This document shows positions 11,294 to 26,173 of a DNA stretch of 64,000 bases, piece by piece; positions within the stretch are counted from its first letter, which is position 1, and each line of letters begins with the position of its first letter. The notes below the pieces were generated by a model. The model had not been told where the DNA came from. It searched no databases and was given only the letters and a program-made list of their open reading frames with translations. Origin of the DNA: Lingula anatina (taxonomy: Eukaryota > Animalia > Brachiopoda); contig CM120640.1 in the NCBI GenBank assembly GCA_051362555.1, positions 24,662,225-24,726,224 on the forward strand, read 5' to 3'. The position numbers were made by a program, and so were the translations under genes.

Positions 11294-11607
11294 TTTTTTG
11301 TTTTTTTCCTGCACGGTCAAATAGGACATATATCCTGACGTGGTGGCTGTCACATCACATCGGTACTCTATTTTAGTTTTTCTTTTCTACTATAGGTTAT
11401 CAAGAAAAGCTGTCTTTTTCTTTAAAAAAAATTCAGAAAAATAATCATACTTATCTCTTTTGTTTTTATTACTTTTTGAGGAATAATGTATTTTAAAGGG
11501 GAAAAATCTGGTTCTTATCATGCAATGAGAGAAAAACTGCATCAAGTAAAGGTTTTGATTATCTTGGCTCACGGAACGGAAATAGCGCAGTATATGTTGC
11601 GCAGTCC

Positions 11608-11622
11608 GTCGCCAATGGTAAC
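11608..11622 (+). promoter_or_regulatory. RFX X-box upstream of CFAP57, in the ALKBH7/CFAP57 divergent promoter
   Basis: GTCGCC-AAT-GGTAAC fits the RFX consensus GTNRCC(N0-3)RGYAAC. It lies just before a probable non-coding first exon ending AAG|GTAAG at about 11745. RFX control of ciliary genes is established. Confidence 0.7.
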
Positions 11623-12228
11623 TAAGGGAATCAAACAGCGACTGCCATAGCTGCGAATGGCACTGATGGAATAATTCGTCATTTCATAATATCAGAGTGA
11701 ACGGCTTATTTTGAAATATACTTATATAAAAAATCAGTAGTTAAGGTAAGTAAAGTTTCAATAGATTACACAGAACCTATGTATTTTCAATTTTATGGTA
11801 TATTTGTAACTGTAGTAAATGTGGTTCCAGTTGCACCATGCATTTGGTGTGTCAGTTGTCTGATTGTACTGTTAATATAAACAGAATATCACTCGATGTG
11901 AACAAGTACATGTCACATATTTAATTAGTTGAAATAATGTTAATTCAAACGCTTTTGGAAGGAGAAATTAACAATGGCTTATGACTTTATGACTTCTGAA
12001 GTTGTGTCGTTAAGTAAACTTTGAAAATATAGAAATCTTTTCTGTTATACTGAAATGAAATGTTTTGGAGTGAAGGAAGTGTTTTATATCTTTCTTTATG
12101 CTAGAGATGCATTTTCAGTTTTACTATGTCTGATGCATGTACCTAATATGCTTGACGTATAAAATGAGATTAATTTTTTTGAAATTTAAGATTTTTTTCC
12201 TTTTTATAGGTGAAAAGAAGTGTACAAG

Positions 12229-15200
12229 ATGTCAATTGCAGTTGCCCAAGCTCGCCATATATTTGGCCTGAAGACAGGGGTAACTGGAAATGTTGCCTAT
12301 CAGGATGAGCAAACTATTATTTACCCATCTGGCTCCAACTGTGTACTGTATAACATTGATCAAAAGGCTCAAAAATTCATCCCTGGATCTGAAAAAAGTA
12401 CTGGGATGACTGCCATGGCAGTTAGCCCCAACAGAAAATATGTGGCAATTGCTGAAAAAGGAGAAAAAGCTACCATCACAATATATGACTTGCATTCACA
12501 GAGAAGAAGGAAAGTACTTAGCTCACCTGAGGTGCAGTCTGGAGAGTATGTCAGTCTTGCATTTTCTCCAGATTCTAAATACCTTGTTGCCCAAGGAGGA
12601 AAGCCTGATTGGACACTACTGTATTGGACCTGGGATAAATCTAAAGTTATGGCCAGTATCAAGACATCTGTAGCACAGGGAAAAGAAATCCCACCTCCAG
12701 TCTATCAGGTAGGCATTTATATTTAGACAGCACCATCCTGTCTGTTAGTTTTAGTTTTTATGTTATAAGTACCATTATAAGATTGAACGTAGGAAGGATA
12801 CAAGTCGTTAGCAATGTTGGATTTTGTCAATTGTCATTTGCTTTTATTCCAAAGTGCATTACTATTTCACTCTGTATTATTTATCCCTTTTCAGGTTACT
12901 TTCAATCCACAAGACAACACCCAGCTATGTGTTGTAGGTAACCAGATCTTCAAATTGTATCGCTACAGTGAGGGTAGCCTAAAACCATTTGCCTTTCAAA
13001 AAATGGAGCCACAGAACAACTTATGCCAAGCTTGGGTATCTGATGAAAGAGTGGTAGTTGGGACAGACAATGGGAGGCTTTTGTTGTTTGAAGCAGGAGA
13101 ACTGAAAAACGAGTTCCATGTGGAGAAGTCACAAAAAGGAGACAAAGAAAAGTAAATCAAAATTAATTTTTTTCATTATCATATAAGATACTGTCCCAGT
13201 TACAGCTGCATTATATTAGCTTTTTCTAATTTGAAGAACTGCTTATAGTAATTTTCTTTATATAGATCCTATGATCACTGAAGTAGTCAAGCATGACCTG
13301 ATTAACATATTGTGTGAAATTAATTTAAGGATGGACAGCATCAGTGAAGGTGAGGCAACTCAGCCTTCAGGACCACCAGAGATTACTGCTATTGTAGCAT
13401 ACTCTAAGGGATTTGCATGCTCAGTTGGTCCTGGCACTGTCTTCCTGTATGAGAAAACTGATGACAAAGAGTATTTCAAGAAAGCCAGAGAAATAAAGGT
13501 AACATGGCAGTGCATGTAACATGTTATAATATAATTTGTCTACACATGTTCTTTCAACACATTTTTAGAATTCAGACCAAATGTTGTAAACTTAAGAATA
13601 TGTGCACAGTGTGAAATGAACTGTAATAAACAGATAGAATCAGATATGCATTTTACTACCTTTAATTAATACTAAATTTACTACTCCCAATGGAAAGACT
13701 TAGTTGCCAAATTCATTATTATCCAGATACCTGCTGATAGCAACAGTGCTGATCCCAGTAAATCAGAGAACCAAGTGATAACCAGCTTGACTGTTAGCCC
13801 ATCAGAGGAAACATTGGTAGCTAGCACTGACAGCAGCCAGCTCTATAGCATGACCCTCTCCAGCGCTGACCTGGGAAAGGTAAGTAGTATTTTATGTGTC
13901 TGTTTTTTACACAGATGAGAAAATTTTCTTATTTTTTATTGCTTTTTTTAGCTAGCCAGTAGAGATACAAAAGAACAAAAATTTATGTAATAAATTGTAG
14001 TATTGAATTTACACTTTTTTATTTCAAAAGCAAAATATTTTCTTGAGAAGCAGTTTCCCATTTCTGATGTGGTAGTTGCATGATTTATCATTAGTTAATG
14101 TGATTGTGTGTTTTCAGGATGGCCAAGCTTACTTTGAGTACCTGTGTCAGGCATTTCATCAAGGTCAGATCACAGGCTTGGATGTGTGTATAAGGAAGGC
14201 CTTGGTTGCAACATGTGGAGTGGACAGATCTGTCCGCATATGGAATTTTGAGAACTGGTAAGTTCTTATCATAATTGATTGAAAGAAAAATATCCTAAAT
14301 ATGTATTATAATTATTTTTCAGGATGAAAGAAAACAGTAATATCTTCCTATTGTAGACTTAACTTAAGCTACTTAAAAAATAGCAGTTGTTTTTCCTTTA
14401 ATACAACATTGGATAATTTAAACTTAACCTTGATTTAATATATTTTCTTCATAGTATATATCTTTGAAGATGAAAGTGATATTCCTGCTCATTTAGATTA
14501 AAGGAAATGAAATGACAATTTTATAATGTTTAATGAGTAAACAATTGAATTGTTATATTTTATTTCTTTTGTTAATTTCAGTAACCTTGAGCTGTATAAA
14601 GAGTTTGCTGAGGAGGCGTATTCCATAGCTTTACACCCCTCAGGCTTGTATGTGCTGGTTGGCTTCAGTGACAAGCTGAGGCTTATGAATCTGTTGATTG
14701 ATGACATCAGAGTCTTCAAGGAGTTTACTATTAGAGGATGCAGAGAGGTCAGTTTTAATTGAGGAATTCATTTGATGAATCATTAGCACTGGGAGCTGGA
14801 ATGTTGTCTTAATTGACTCGGTGTCTGTCAGCAGAATGTGTTGGTTAATGAAAATGAAAAAGATTGATTTTATTATTAATAAGTCTTATCCTCATCAGCA
14901 AAATTGGTAAAAAATTCCATGCATGTACATATCAGGGTTTGTCAATGCAGATAATATAGACTTATCTGTCTATTCCAGTGTGCCTTCAGCAATGGTGGCC
15001 ATCTGTTTGCTGCTGTGACCAGTAACTTGATCTACATTTACTCCACTGCAACATTTGAGAACCTGCTGCAGCTCAAGGGGCACAATGGTAAAATTCGCTC
15101 AGTGATCTGGACTGCTGATGACAACAAGCTCATCTCTTGTGGGATGGATGGCGCTGTGTATGAATGGGATACATTTACAGGGAAACGTGTGGGAGAGAAT

Positions 15201-18200
15201 GTCCTCAAGTCCTGTAGCTATAGTAGTGTAGCAGTCACTCCAGATGGCAAAACTACGCTGGCAGTTGGAACTGATCACACACTAAAGGAAATTTCAGATT
15301 CTTCGGTGAGATTGACTTTTAATCTAGATAAACATACCTTTACTTTATACACAGTTAGTCTTAAATTTGTGCATCCTTTCAGCCCTGTCTGTATTTTAAG
15401 CCCATCGTTAAGAGTAATGCTTTTCCTTTCTTCTTAAAGATACTAAGAGAAGTACCAGCTGAGGACACCACCCTGAACACTGTTGGCATGTCCCACTCTG
15501 GCCGTATGTTGTTTGCTGGGACCAACACTGGAACACTACGGTCCTACAAGTTTCCACTCACTGCTGATGGAGAGTGGCAGGAATACCAGGGCCACTCTTC
15601 TGCAATAACTAAGGTATATTTGATTTTTTTTTTAAATTCTAAAATGCTATTTAAGCAATTTATAGTTCTATGCACGAGTTAGCTACTTTTTGGACAGTTT
15701 TTGGTTGGCTGTGACAGATGCTGTGGTGCCATTTTTAAGTTGTCAGTAAGTTGTATTTATGTTTATTAATTTTTTACCTTTTTTAGATGAAAATAACATA
15801 TGATGACACAACCTTGGTGACTGTCTCAGAAGATGCATCCATTATGCTGTGGAAGATTCAAGATAAAGAAGGCAGAGGGGCAAGGAGAGATAAGGAAGTG
15901 GGATGGGCTGAAGAAATTCTTATTACAAAGAGTGATTTAGAAGAAAAGGTAAATTTAGCTGAAGTTGTAGTTTTAGAGACTCCCACTTGCAGTTCCTTCT
16001 TTAGTTAGGTAATTTTTAAGTTGAATGTTTACTCTCGGGACGGTGCTTTTTGTTATTGTCATATATATTACATTCTTAAAAATATCTATGTCATTTGCTC
16101 TAAACTAGATTTAGTACATTTTCTTTACTTTCAGAACACCATGATGGCTGAGCTTAAAACCAGAGTTGATGAACTCAAAACAGAAAATGAATACCAACTG
16201 AGGATGAAAGATATGAATTACAATGAAAAGATAAAAGAACTGACTGAAAAATTTATACAAGAAATGGAGTCCTTGAAAACAAAGAATCAGGTAAAGATTT
16301 CTTTTAGGTCCAATTGGCACTTTTTTCCCTTCACAACGGTTTCCCTCTATAGAACTTTCCCTCAAAATAAAAAAGAAGAAGTTCATGTCATCTATGCTTT
16401 CCTGTAAGTTTGTAGAAAAAGAGATCAGAAAAAAGCTATGCATAGCAGAATATTTTGTTCAACAGAACTCATAAAATATGTTGTTGGAATTTGTTGTATG
16501 TTAACCTGGCTGTGAATACTTCATTTTGTATTCTTTTATTTTGCAAATATAGGTGTTGAAAACAGATAAAGATAAGGAAGAAGCCAAGCATGAAGAGGAG
16601 GTACAGGAGGCACTGGAGAAGCACGCTAAGGAAATGCAAGACATGGGTAAGCTGTAGTACCATTTTTACTCATTAAGACGATTTAAGACTTGATTATTTG
16701 TAACTTTTGCCTGGCAATTTTGGGACATATTGTGTGGTCTTTTTAAAATTCACATTTTTCTTTTATTTTTGTGCAGAGAGTGCAAACAACCAGAAATTGA
16801 TGCTTGAATATGAAAAGTATCAGGACCTGTTGGCAAAGAGTCAGAAAATGCAAGAAGATTATGACCGTCAGCTGCAGGAGATGGAAGATAGCAAAGAACG
16901 TGCCCTAGAGGAACTGACAGAGTATTATGAAACAGAACTACAGAAGAAAACTACTCAGTTGGAAGAGGTAAGTGTATTATTTTAAATTCGACAGTATCAC
17001 AATAACCTGTTGCGAGAAGTTAAGAATATCTCAGTTAAATGTATTTTGATGGCATCTGCTTTGTGAGAGTTAATAAGACATCATTGGCAATTAATGTGCA
17101 ATTGCAGATTTACAGTTATGTATCAGTAATGAAAAAAAAAACGTTTTTTGCATCATACCAGTAAAATTGATTATTTTACACTTTTTGTGATATTTATGAT
17201 TTATTTTAATTCAAGGCACATGATCAAGCAAGAAATGCACAAAAAGAGTATGAAGAAACAAAAAGGCAGATTGAAGAAGATGCAGATAGGGAAATCCTGG
17301 ACATCAAGAACAGATATGAAAGGCTGCTTAGAGATGAAAAGGAGTCTAACCTTAGACTTAAGGGAGAAAGTGGAATCATGAAGAAAAAGGTATTTTTTTA
17401 AATTTTCAGCAAAGTTAAAAACATTTAAAAATGAAATTTTATTTTTTGAAAAAGAAAAAGAATTAGACTCAACTAAACAATTACAACTACTTGCCTTACA
17501 GTTCACAAGCCTTCAGAAAGAAATAGAAGATCACAAGGAAGAGATCAAAAAGAACCACACTGACAAGGAGAAATTGTCTGGGGTTATTTCAAATCTTGAG
17601 AAGGACAAGACTGGTCTTAAAAAAGAAATAGCCGAGAGAGATGAAACCATTCAAGATAAGGTAAGTGTTATATTTCAAAGAGCATATTTGATTCAGAATT
17701 GTCATTTACTTTACATATTTGGTATAACTTTTTTCATACATTATGCATACCTACTGAAAATTAACCTGTTTGTTTGTTTATAGGAAAAGAGAATTTATGA
17801 TCTGAAGAAGAAAAACCAAGAACTGGAAAAATTCAAATTTGTGCTGGACTACAAAATTAAAGAATTGAAGAAACAGATTGAACCCAGAGAGAAAGACATC
17901 AAAGACATGAAGGAGCAAATACAAGAGGTAATTGTCGGACTGAATATAGTTATTATAATTACTATAAATGTAATGTGTGACCTGTCTTTCATTTAGTTTT
18001 TTGATAATGCCAATGGCAATGTTTAAGACATAAAAAATGTTTCAGAATTTTCAGATCATTTGGAAATCAGTGCAAATGCATACAACTTATACAAGTATTC
18101 AATGCAACTTGTGTTTTTATATTTTTGTAGATGGAAAGTGAACTGGAGAGGTTCCACAAACAGAATACACAATTGGAGTTGAATATCACAGAGCTGAGAC

Positions 18201-19343
18201 AGAAACTGAAGGCAACAGACAAGGAAATGCACCAAGAAAGACAGAAGGTAAGATGTCATTATAAACTATGTTAACTTTATCTGGTATTTTTTTCTCCTTT
18301 CTTATAACAGTGGCGAGGAAGAAAATAACGACCAGCTGCATACAATATAACTTTGTAGTCATGACAAAAAGTGATGTTTTTAATAATTATTTTTTCAGGT
18401 GCGTGACCGTGAGGCAATGATCAAGAGGTTTAAGACTGATCTGCACAACTGTGTTGGGTACATCCAGGATCCAAAGATGTTGAAAGACAGCATCAAAGCT
18501 CTCTACAAGAAACATGTACAAGAAGACATAGTAAGTATTATTTTTGGCTGACTCACACCAACAATATTTAGCCAATATAATAATTAATCATTTTTATCTT
18601 TCGAAAAAATAAAATGTGGACGTGATACCCTTGCTTTTGTTTAATGAAAACAAATATTTTCCATTCAGACTGAATCTGCAAGTGTGGATGCAGATATTCA
18701 GAAAGAATATGCACGTCAGCGTGAACATCTGGAGAGATCCGTGGCTTCCCTGAGAAAGAAACTTGCCAAGGATACAGAAATCCACAGAGCTGATAATGTC
18801 AGAATCATGCAGGTATGTTTAACAGCTGGACTTCTGTAATGTTACAAAGCTTGTGCTGTGTAAATTTGTTAATGTTTTGATATTTTGAGCTGTTATGTGT
18901 TATTTTTGAATGAGTCCACTGTTATTTTTATTCCAGCTCTTCAGAAACTAAAGTGTTAATTTTCAACAATAAAACTGTTTAGTTTCAAATGTAATGACAT
19001 TTCTTAACAATGTGCTTTTTTTCTTTTCAAGGAAAATGTCTCTCTCATCAAAGAAATCAATGACCTGAGGAAAGAACTAAAGATTGCCAGAACACAGGTC
19101 CATGACTTAGAGGCTGCTCTTGGTCTGCACAGGAAGAATGCTGCTGCCGAGGCTACAGCCACATTGCAAGCTGTAGCTTCACAGAACAAAAACGCCATGT
19201 TAGAGAAGGACTTAGAGGAGTCTAAGAGAATAGTAGACATGCAAAAGAATGAAATTAAGAGACTACGCCTGAGCATTTATGAATTGGAAAATGTGGCTAG
19301 ACCACCTTCTGGTGGTAAACTTCCTCCTGTGATTGTGCAGTGA
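12229..19343 (+). CDS. CFAP57: Cilia- and flagella-associated protein 57 (WDR65), about 19 coding exons
   Basis: N-terminal WD40 repeats ([15 protein letters not shown]..., [60 protein letters not shown]). Long C-terminal coiled coil ([36 protein letters not shown]). GT-AG introns. Ends ...KLPPVIVQ*. Confidence 0.95.
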
Positions 19344-20065
19344 GGAAGTGAAGTTCAATTGATTTTATGCGAAAGACAATAAATTTACTTCCCATTTTTC
19401 GTATTCCTTTGAACATCGTATATAGAATGACCACTGGTTTCACATGGACTTCTCTTAAAATTTGAGAACCAGTTGTATGTAATTGAAAGTGGAAATCGTT
19501 TATGGACAAGATTTAACTGGAACCAACATTTGTATATATTTGTGCATATTTCTGTAGATATAACTTTCAGGCAAGTTAACATTGTCTTATGGGGAGCTGC
19601 AGGCAACAGATATTTGTCACGTGATATGTTATTTGATAATTCATATTAAAATGTTCTTTCAAGTGTACATCAGTTTATTCTCTTTATTGAAATTTGCCAG
19701 TGTTGAAAATGCAAGTTTTCTTAAACGAACCAAAGCTTTATGATTGTATGTACTAATTTATTTAACAAAATTACATAACAAAACATGTAATTTTAATGTT
19801 AAATTTCACCCTTAGCATTTATCACAGTTCCTTTGCTTTAAACAATGCAAAGAAATACACATTAATCAAATTACCACCAGGCATTACTTCATCTCCGATT
19901 TAAGCAATCTACATTGTATACGTCACTGATAGAATTGTAAATGTCACCTTCATAGAAAACTGATCAGTTCTACATAATCATTAAACATTCACAAAAAGAT
20001 ACATCTTTTACAGGTCCCCTGATTGTGACTAGTTTGATTCAGTAACATTTCTTTAATTCTAAAAA

Positions 20066-23000
20066 TTAAAGCAAGAATGGAATGATTGGCTTCCTTCCCC
20101 GTGGGTAGTCTTTGAATTCTCTTTTGTAGTTGCGGTGCTTCCCCATGGCCCACACTGTCATCTGATAAAACCCAGCAGCAGTGAACAGTAGGGCTATAAA
20201 AGCAAAAGATATGGGGTCATAGATATAATTCAATGGTTCAATTTTTTTGACAAAAACATAAGTACCAAGCTTTACATTTCATTGATTAAAAAACAAACTG
20301 TGTACAAAAAATCAAATTTAATTGTGATTTCCCAATTGATTAAATTATATAAGACATAAATCCTGGATGTTGTCGATGAGCAAAAACATAGCAAATGCAT
20401 ATTATCTTTGTTTTTTTGTAATTGTCCTCAGACATCCAAATGGAACTACAAATTTTCTGACATAACATATTCTTACCTGGTAGACACTGAGTCATAACTG
20501 AAAAGCTAATCCATGCCCCAACTTCATATGTGTAGTTAGGACAAGATACCCAAGTAAACAGCCAGGTGAAGGGATTTACTGTGGGTTTTGGAATCTTTCT
20601 TTCTTTAGAACCTATGGGAAAATGTTACAGATATTTACTGTTTACGTATATTTTTTATCAATATGAAATGTGATAAAATAAATAAATAACTAAAAATGAA
20701 CTGTGAAGAAATTTTTTTTTTTGCTTCTTTACTAGTAAAAAAAAATACTCAAGGAACTAAAAAAATTCCCTACCCCATGTACACAGCCTCTGCTCCTTAA
20801 CAAACTTATCATTTTACATGGAGCAAATCTTTAAAAATTGTTAAAATGGAAATAGATGCAATATGCAATGGTCCTTTGACTTGAAAATGTAGCCTCGAAA
20901 TCTTAATTATCATATATAAATATTTTTGAAAAATGAAGATCATCTTACCTGCAGGCCGCAAGTTTCTAAATGCAATGTGAATGGAGAAGTTGCCCAGTTC
21001 ATTAAACTGAAAACATACCACTTGAATTAAATTAAGTTCATCAGAACTGTAAATTTTAAGAAATAATATAAAACTGAAATTTAAAAAATGCATATCAAGT
21101 TTAACATCCTTTTAAACTTAAATAAAAAACAAAAGAAATGTTAATTGCAGCATACTATGTTCAGATTAAGAAAGAGGTTCATCTTAATTATTTTAATAAG
21201 TATGCAGTTTTAAGAATAAATCCATGTAATCATTTATTCTTCATCTACTGGCAGTTTTGTTACCTGTGGAAAAGAATTAACAGCCATATATATATATCAG
21301 TCATACTGAAGTCATTTATGTTGCACTGTCCATTTTACATAACGATGGCACTTACTATAAAAGCTGCAAGGCCTCCATATAACTGAATGGCACCATATGC
21401 TAAAAGACAGCAAGATCATAGCATAAATAATTAAAAACACAGTTATTTGACACCATTAACATTATGTTTTTCTAATTCAGTAAAATAAATAAAGAGTTAT
21501 AATTTTTCATATGTCATTCTTAGAGTAATTTTACATTATTTTCTTTGTTTAAGGCTTACTCATTTTAAGTTATTTTTCTACTCACATGGAGGGGTATACA
21601 AAGGATGATTTATGAAATATGCAACAAAAGCAGCAAAGCCCCAGTAGTAGGAGGAATTCTGGAACAATGAAAAAAAAAAACATCATTAACCACATATGCA
21701 TATATCTTGTCCCATAACCTATCCCAGCTTAATCAGAGTTTAGATATTTTCCTGTAAAATGTGATAATTTAGTTTGTATAAAATGCCGTACCTTGCAGAT
21801 GTTGAGTATTGGCATGGTGGCATGGGAGAACCTGTGCACAAAGACAGTTTCCAACAATCTTTTGGCATAGTGAAAGGTCCAACAGGCAGCTGCAATGCTG
21901 CAAGGAAAAAGCATTCAGTACATTTATATTACATTTTTATGAAATATGAACTATATGACATAAACAATTGCCTGTCTACAAGTAAGAGTCTTTAGAAAGA
22001 TGTACAATGTGCATGACGCTATATAAAACAGTGTTTGATACACATAAACATTCTGCACCATACATGTCCATTAATCTTTTTAAAAATATACAAATGCTGA
22101 AGTAATGGTTTGCACTACAAGGCCACGTTATATGCATTTTCTACAATAACAGCTTCTAAAACTACAGGCTTACTTTACTGCTTCTGCTCTTGGTTTTGAT
22201 GCTGCACTTGCTCCATAAATGATGGCAGGTCTGATATAGAACAGCAGGTAAATGACGAGGGGTCCAGCATACTCGGTCAAAAATACCTTTAAAGATATGT
22301 CATACAATATTTGTCAGTTATTGACTCCATTATTTGTGATATACTTTAAGAGAAGTGAAACATAGAGCAATAAAGCATAGAATACTGAGAAAACTAAGTG
22401 ATTCGGATAATATTTTGTACAAGTACAAAGAAATACCACTGACTTCCTTTAAAAAAAGCAACCATTCTGTATTGCATCGATTTGATGATACCTAATTATA
22501 TTTTTACTGCTCATCTTTAATGCATTGAAAGAAATGTACATCTCTACTTACTGTGGTCCATCCAACTTGTGGACCAAGGTCTTTGAAGTACAGTTTTCCT
22601 CCACTTGTAATGTTCAAAGCCTTCAAAGTAGCTTCATCTTTCAACATCTTGCCCTCTTTAAAAGTGAAATTGTTTAAAAGAATTTTTTTAAATCCATAAC
22701 AATATTATGATATAGAAAACCAACTTTTTTGTATTTAAATTAATTCTCAATAACTGTAAAAGATTAATAAATAGTGTATTTTAGTAAACAGGATATATCT
22801 TGCCTTTACCTGCAAAGAAAACCATGTATAAAACACTTACTTTGTTCAAGTCTGAAGGACTGTCTATCAGGATAGAGGTGTTTTTCTAAAAAGGCAAGAA
22901 ACCATTCATATAAAATGTATTCTAATACATAGAGTATAATCTTCAACATTTATAAAGATGTTATCATGTATAAATCAACAAGATATTAAATTACAGTTTT

Positions 23001-23466
23001 CATATTTATCTTCTGAAATAAAAACTATGGATATTTGGATAATGAATGATATGAATGATACTTTTGTTGAGCATGTATTTTAAGACATAATGTTCAAAAC
23101 TCACTGAGCTTCCTAAATTCATTTTTCACATCTAAAATTGTAGAACCTGGAGACAGCTAAAAAAAGAAGCAAATTCTCTCATTACTTTCAGTGAAATAAG
23201 GCTTAGTGTTCACATTTCTAAACTTTAAGAGAGTAAACATACAAAACTTCAAAGATATGTGCTTTCATACAAATAAGAAAAGTGAGATTTGGTTTAGCAC
23301 ACAATGTCCTGTAAATGATACACTAGGTATGCTACAGAATATTTTTTGGAAATAGTTCAGGATTTCTAATGATTTTTCTATGGTGTAGACTTTTCCAAAC
23401 CTAGGCCACACTTTTTAATTTTTATGGATGACATCCTGCGCGCGCACCGATTTTCGTCCGTTCTCC

Positions 23467-23498
<32 letters not shown>

Positions 23499-25841
23499 CC
23501 CCCCCCCCCAAAGAAGTCGGTTGTCGCAAACGTCGATATTGAATTTGCCGGAAAATGCAATCGGCAATCCTCGGCTAATTCCGCAAGCTCCATACTGTCA
23601 TTGTCGACTGCGGAGACATCCGAGTAGTTCCAAGTGCGGAAAATGAGCTTTCTGCACATGCGTATTATCACCACGTGGAAATATGGCCGCTTTGCCGTCA
23701 AATTATCTCTAGCATTAATTTCAAAATACACGACAATTAAAGTCATAAAGAGAACGGGGGCCGTCGTTTTGGATTGGTTTGCCATTGATATTGGACATGG
23801 AGATATCAACTTTTTACAATTATACGAAAGGCTGGCAGCGGCCGGCGATCATCGCCCGGAAAATTTCAGTGACATTCTGTCCAAAGCAGCACATACCAGG
23901 GTTTTTTTTTGTAGCGAAAAAAAGGGTCGACAAGAGCGTCGTGGTATTTGGTGGATTGAAGGTCGGACAGGCCACCCGATATATGGCTGCTACGTGTGAG
24001 TCGAAGTAGACAAAATGGCATCGTGCGAAATTACCTTTTTTAGATTTGGTAGTAGGAAGCATAGGCCTATCTTTGCTTCATTTTTTATTTTTTTTTATAA
24101 TTCTTTGAAGTGTTCACAATGCTTTAATTTTTTGAGAGTACAAATAAAGACACGCTGTTTATTTGATATTTGTTTTATTGATTGCTATACCATGCATAAT
24201 GCATGAAAAAACCTTAAATAGATTTGGTAATATGCAGCATATATATTCATGACTTTTTACCTTTCTACGAAGTAGGCCCTATTCACAATGCTTTAATATT
24301 TTGAGAGCATGGATAAAAACATGTTGTTAGTTTGATACATGTTTCTGCGGTAAATTAGTGTTTCCAGCTGTGTACTGACGGCATAACTTTTCTTAAGCAG
24401 TTTTTTTTTGGGGGGGGGGGAATTTTTTTTTGCGCCCGCTCGCACCGATTTTGGGGTCCCCAGAGGATGTCATCCATAAAAATAAAAAAGTGTGGCCCTA
24501 CCAAATTAAACCAAATCCATTTATTCGGAGTCAAATAAAGTCATGGTCACTTGTAGCCCAATATCTTAATCCCATTTTGGTGTTTTAAACTGTACACAGT
24601 AAAAATCTTTGACCTGTCACCTCTAACACAACAAGCACACTTCAGGTGGAAATGAGATTGATTGGTGCCAATAAAGATCAAGAGATGATCAATTTTTTAC
24701 ATTGGAATTGAAAAAGACTTATGCTTGTTATTAATCAAGTACAGGTTGTAAATGAACAGCTTCAAGAAAGTGTAAGGGTTGAGCCAATGTCCAAACTGTA
24801 GTTGGTCTACATACTTTATTTGCAGTTTATGCCAAGGCACCTTGGCTGATGCAAATTATGGAAGATATGTTACTAACCTTTAAAGGCGTAATGAAAAGCA
24901 AATTTGCACATAACTCATCATACTTACCCCTGTTACCTTCCCTAGGCTTTTTCCAGATTTTGCATGAAGTACTTCGATCTGCAAAAATATTATATCAAAT
25001 CTTAGTATTTCTCATATCAACAAAATTTGGTGGTTATACTATAATCCAATATTAAATACACATCCAGAAATCAATAACACAGGTGAATATTAAACAAAAA
25101 AATAACTATAATGTCATAATAAAGGGAAACACTTAATAACACTGAGTAACACTTACATAATTGTCAACAAATAAGAATGAGATGTTAAGGTGATTCAAAA
25201 TAAAAGATTAGGTAATTTTTAAGTATCTGACCCCCTTCAATGCCCCCTTCAATGCCATTTAGTTATGTGGTGACTTTTTTCAAATTCTCTGCTATTCAAT
25301 TAAATAGTTTAGGCTATTAACTTACTGATTTTCAATGTTTTTACAGCAAAATTTCACTTTTTGGCCAATGATATTACAGATATCGGTATTTCAGAAATTT
25401 TCAAAGCCTGCAATCTCAAAATATTTGAATGGGCTTGAAGTTTCTTGTAATTTTTAAACATAAAAAAATGTGATAATTTTATTAACTTTTGACTGACTTT
25501 ATTTTAACTGGTTCAAAATACATACACCAATCTTAATTTTATGCATTTTTGTAGGATTGTGTGGGATAACGAAGTCGTTTTCTGTTTAAAATCTTCATTA
25601 ACTTATCGAGGTGTCAACTGAGAGTGGGCCTGTCCACAAACTTGGCGTAAGCAAAAGGAAGACAAATATGGCGTTGACTAATCACAGATGACATATCGTT
25701 GTCGGAGATTCCACTTGAATTTGAAACAAATTACGTAATGAAGGAAGAGAAACATGACAGTTGATTAGTCATATGTCATTAATGACAAGGTGCTACTAAT
25801 GGGAAACCCCCAGACTGCCGTGACGCATAGCAAACCTCCAT
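20066..25841 (-). CDS. TECR: Very-long-chain trans-2,3-enoyl-CoA reductase, about 12 exons
   Basis: Exons give ME|[10 protein letters not shown]..., [23 protein letters not shown]|[81 protein letters not shown] and [24 protein letters not shown]. Confidence 0.94.
23404..24497. mobile_element. 1.09-kb non-autonomous DNA transposon with ~33-bp TIRs and a 3-bp TSD (CTA), in TECR intron 2
   Basis: TIR GGCCACACTTTTTAATTTTTATGGATGACATCCT / AGGATGTCATCCATAAAAATAAAAAAGTGTGGCC. CTA flanks both ends (23401-03, 24498-500). The interior is CpG-rich with no transposase ORF. Confidence 0.85.
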
Positions 25842-26173
25842 TATTCTTGAATAATCCACTGTAATAGCACTCTGACCCGTGTCGGCGTTAATACCTCGGC
25901 AATGACCTAGATATAGTTTGATAGGTGTCGTAAACAGCAGAGAGGACAAGTACGTTAACAATAAGTTTTCCATTTCATTTGAATCTAATTTTTTGCCTGT
26001 ATGTCACTAACCAATCTATAATATTATTTTATGCACGTCATTTCGACCATCAATCGAGGGTTAATCATTCAAGAATGTATATTTTACGAAAAAATATATC
26101 TTTAGCTTTTCTTGTGTAGTCTGCCATCTTTCCATGATTCATCATGACAACTAGGTCATTAGTGACGTAGAGG

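Noticed and set aside
23378-24206. Several overlapping short ORFs including poly-K/poly-P
   Set aside because: They arise from homopolymers and the GC-rich interior of a non-autonomous transposon, with no transposase motifs.
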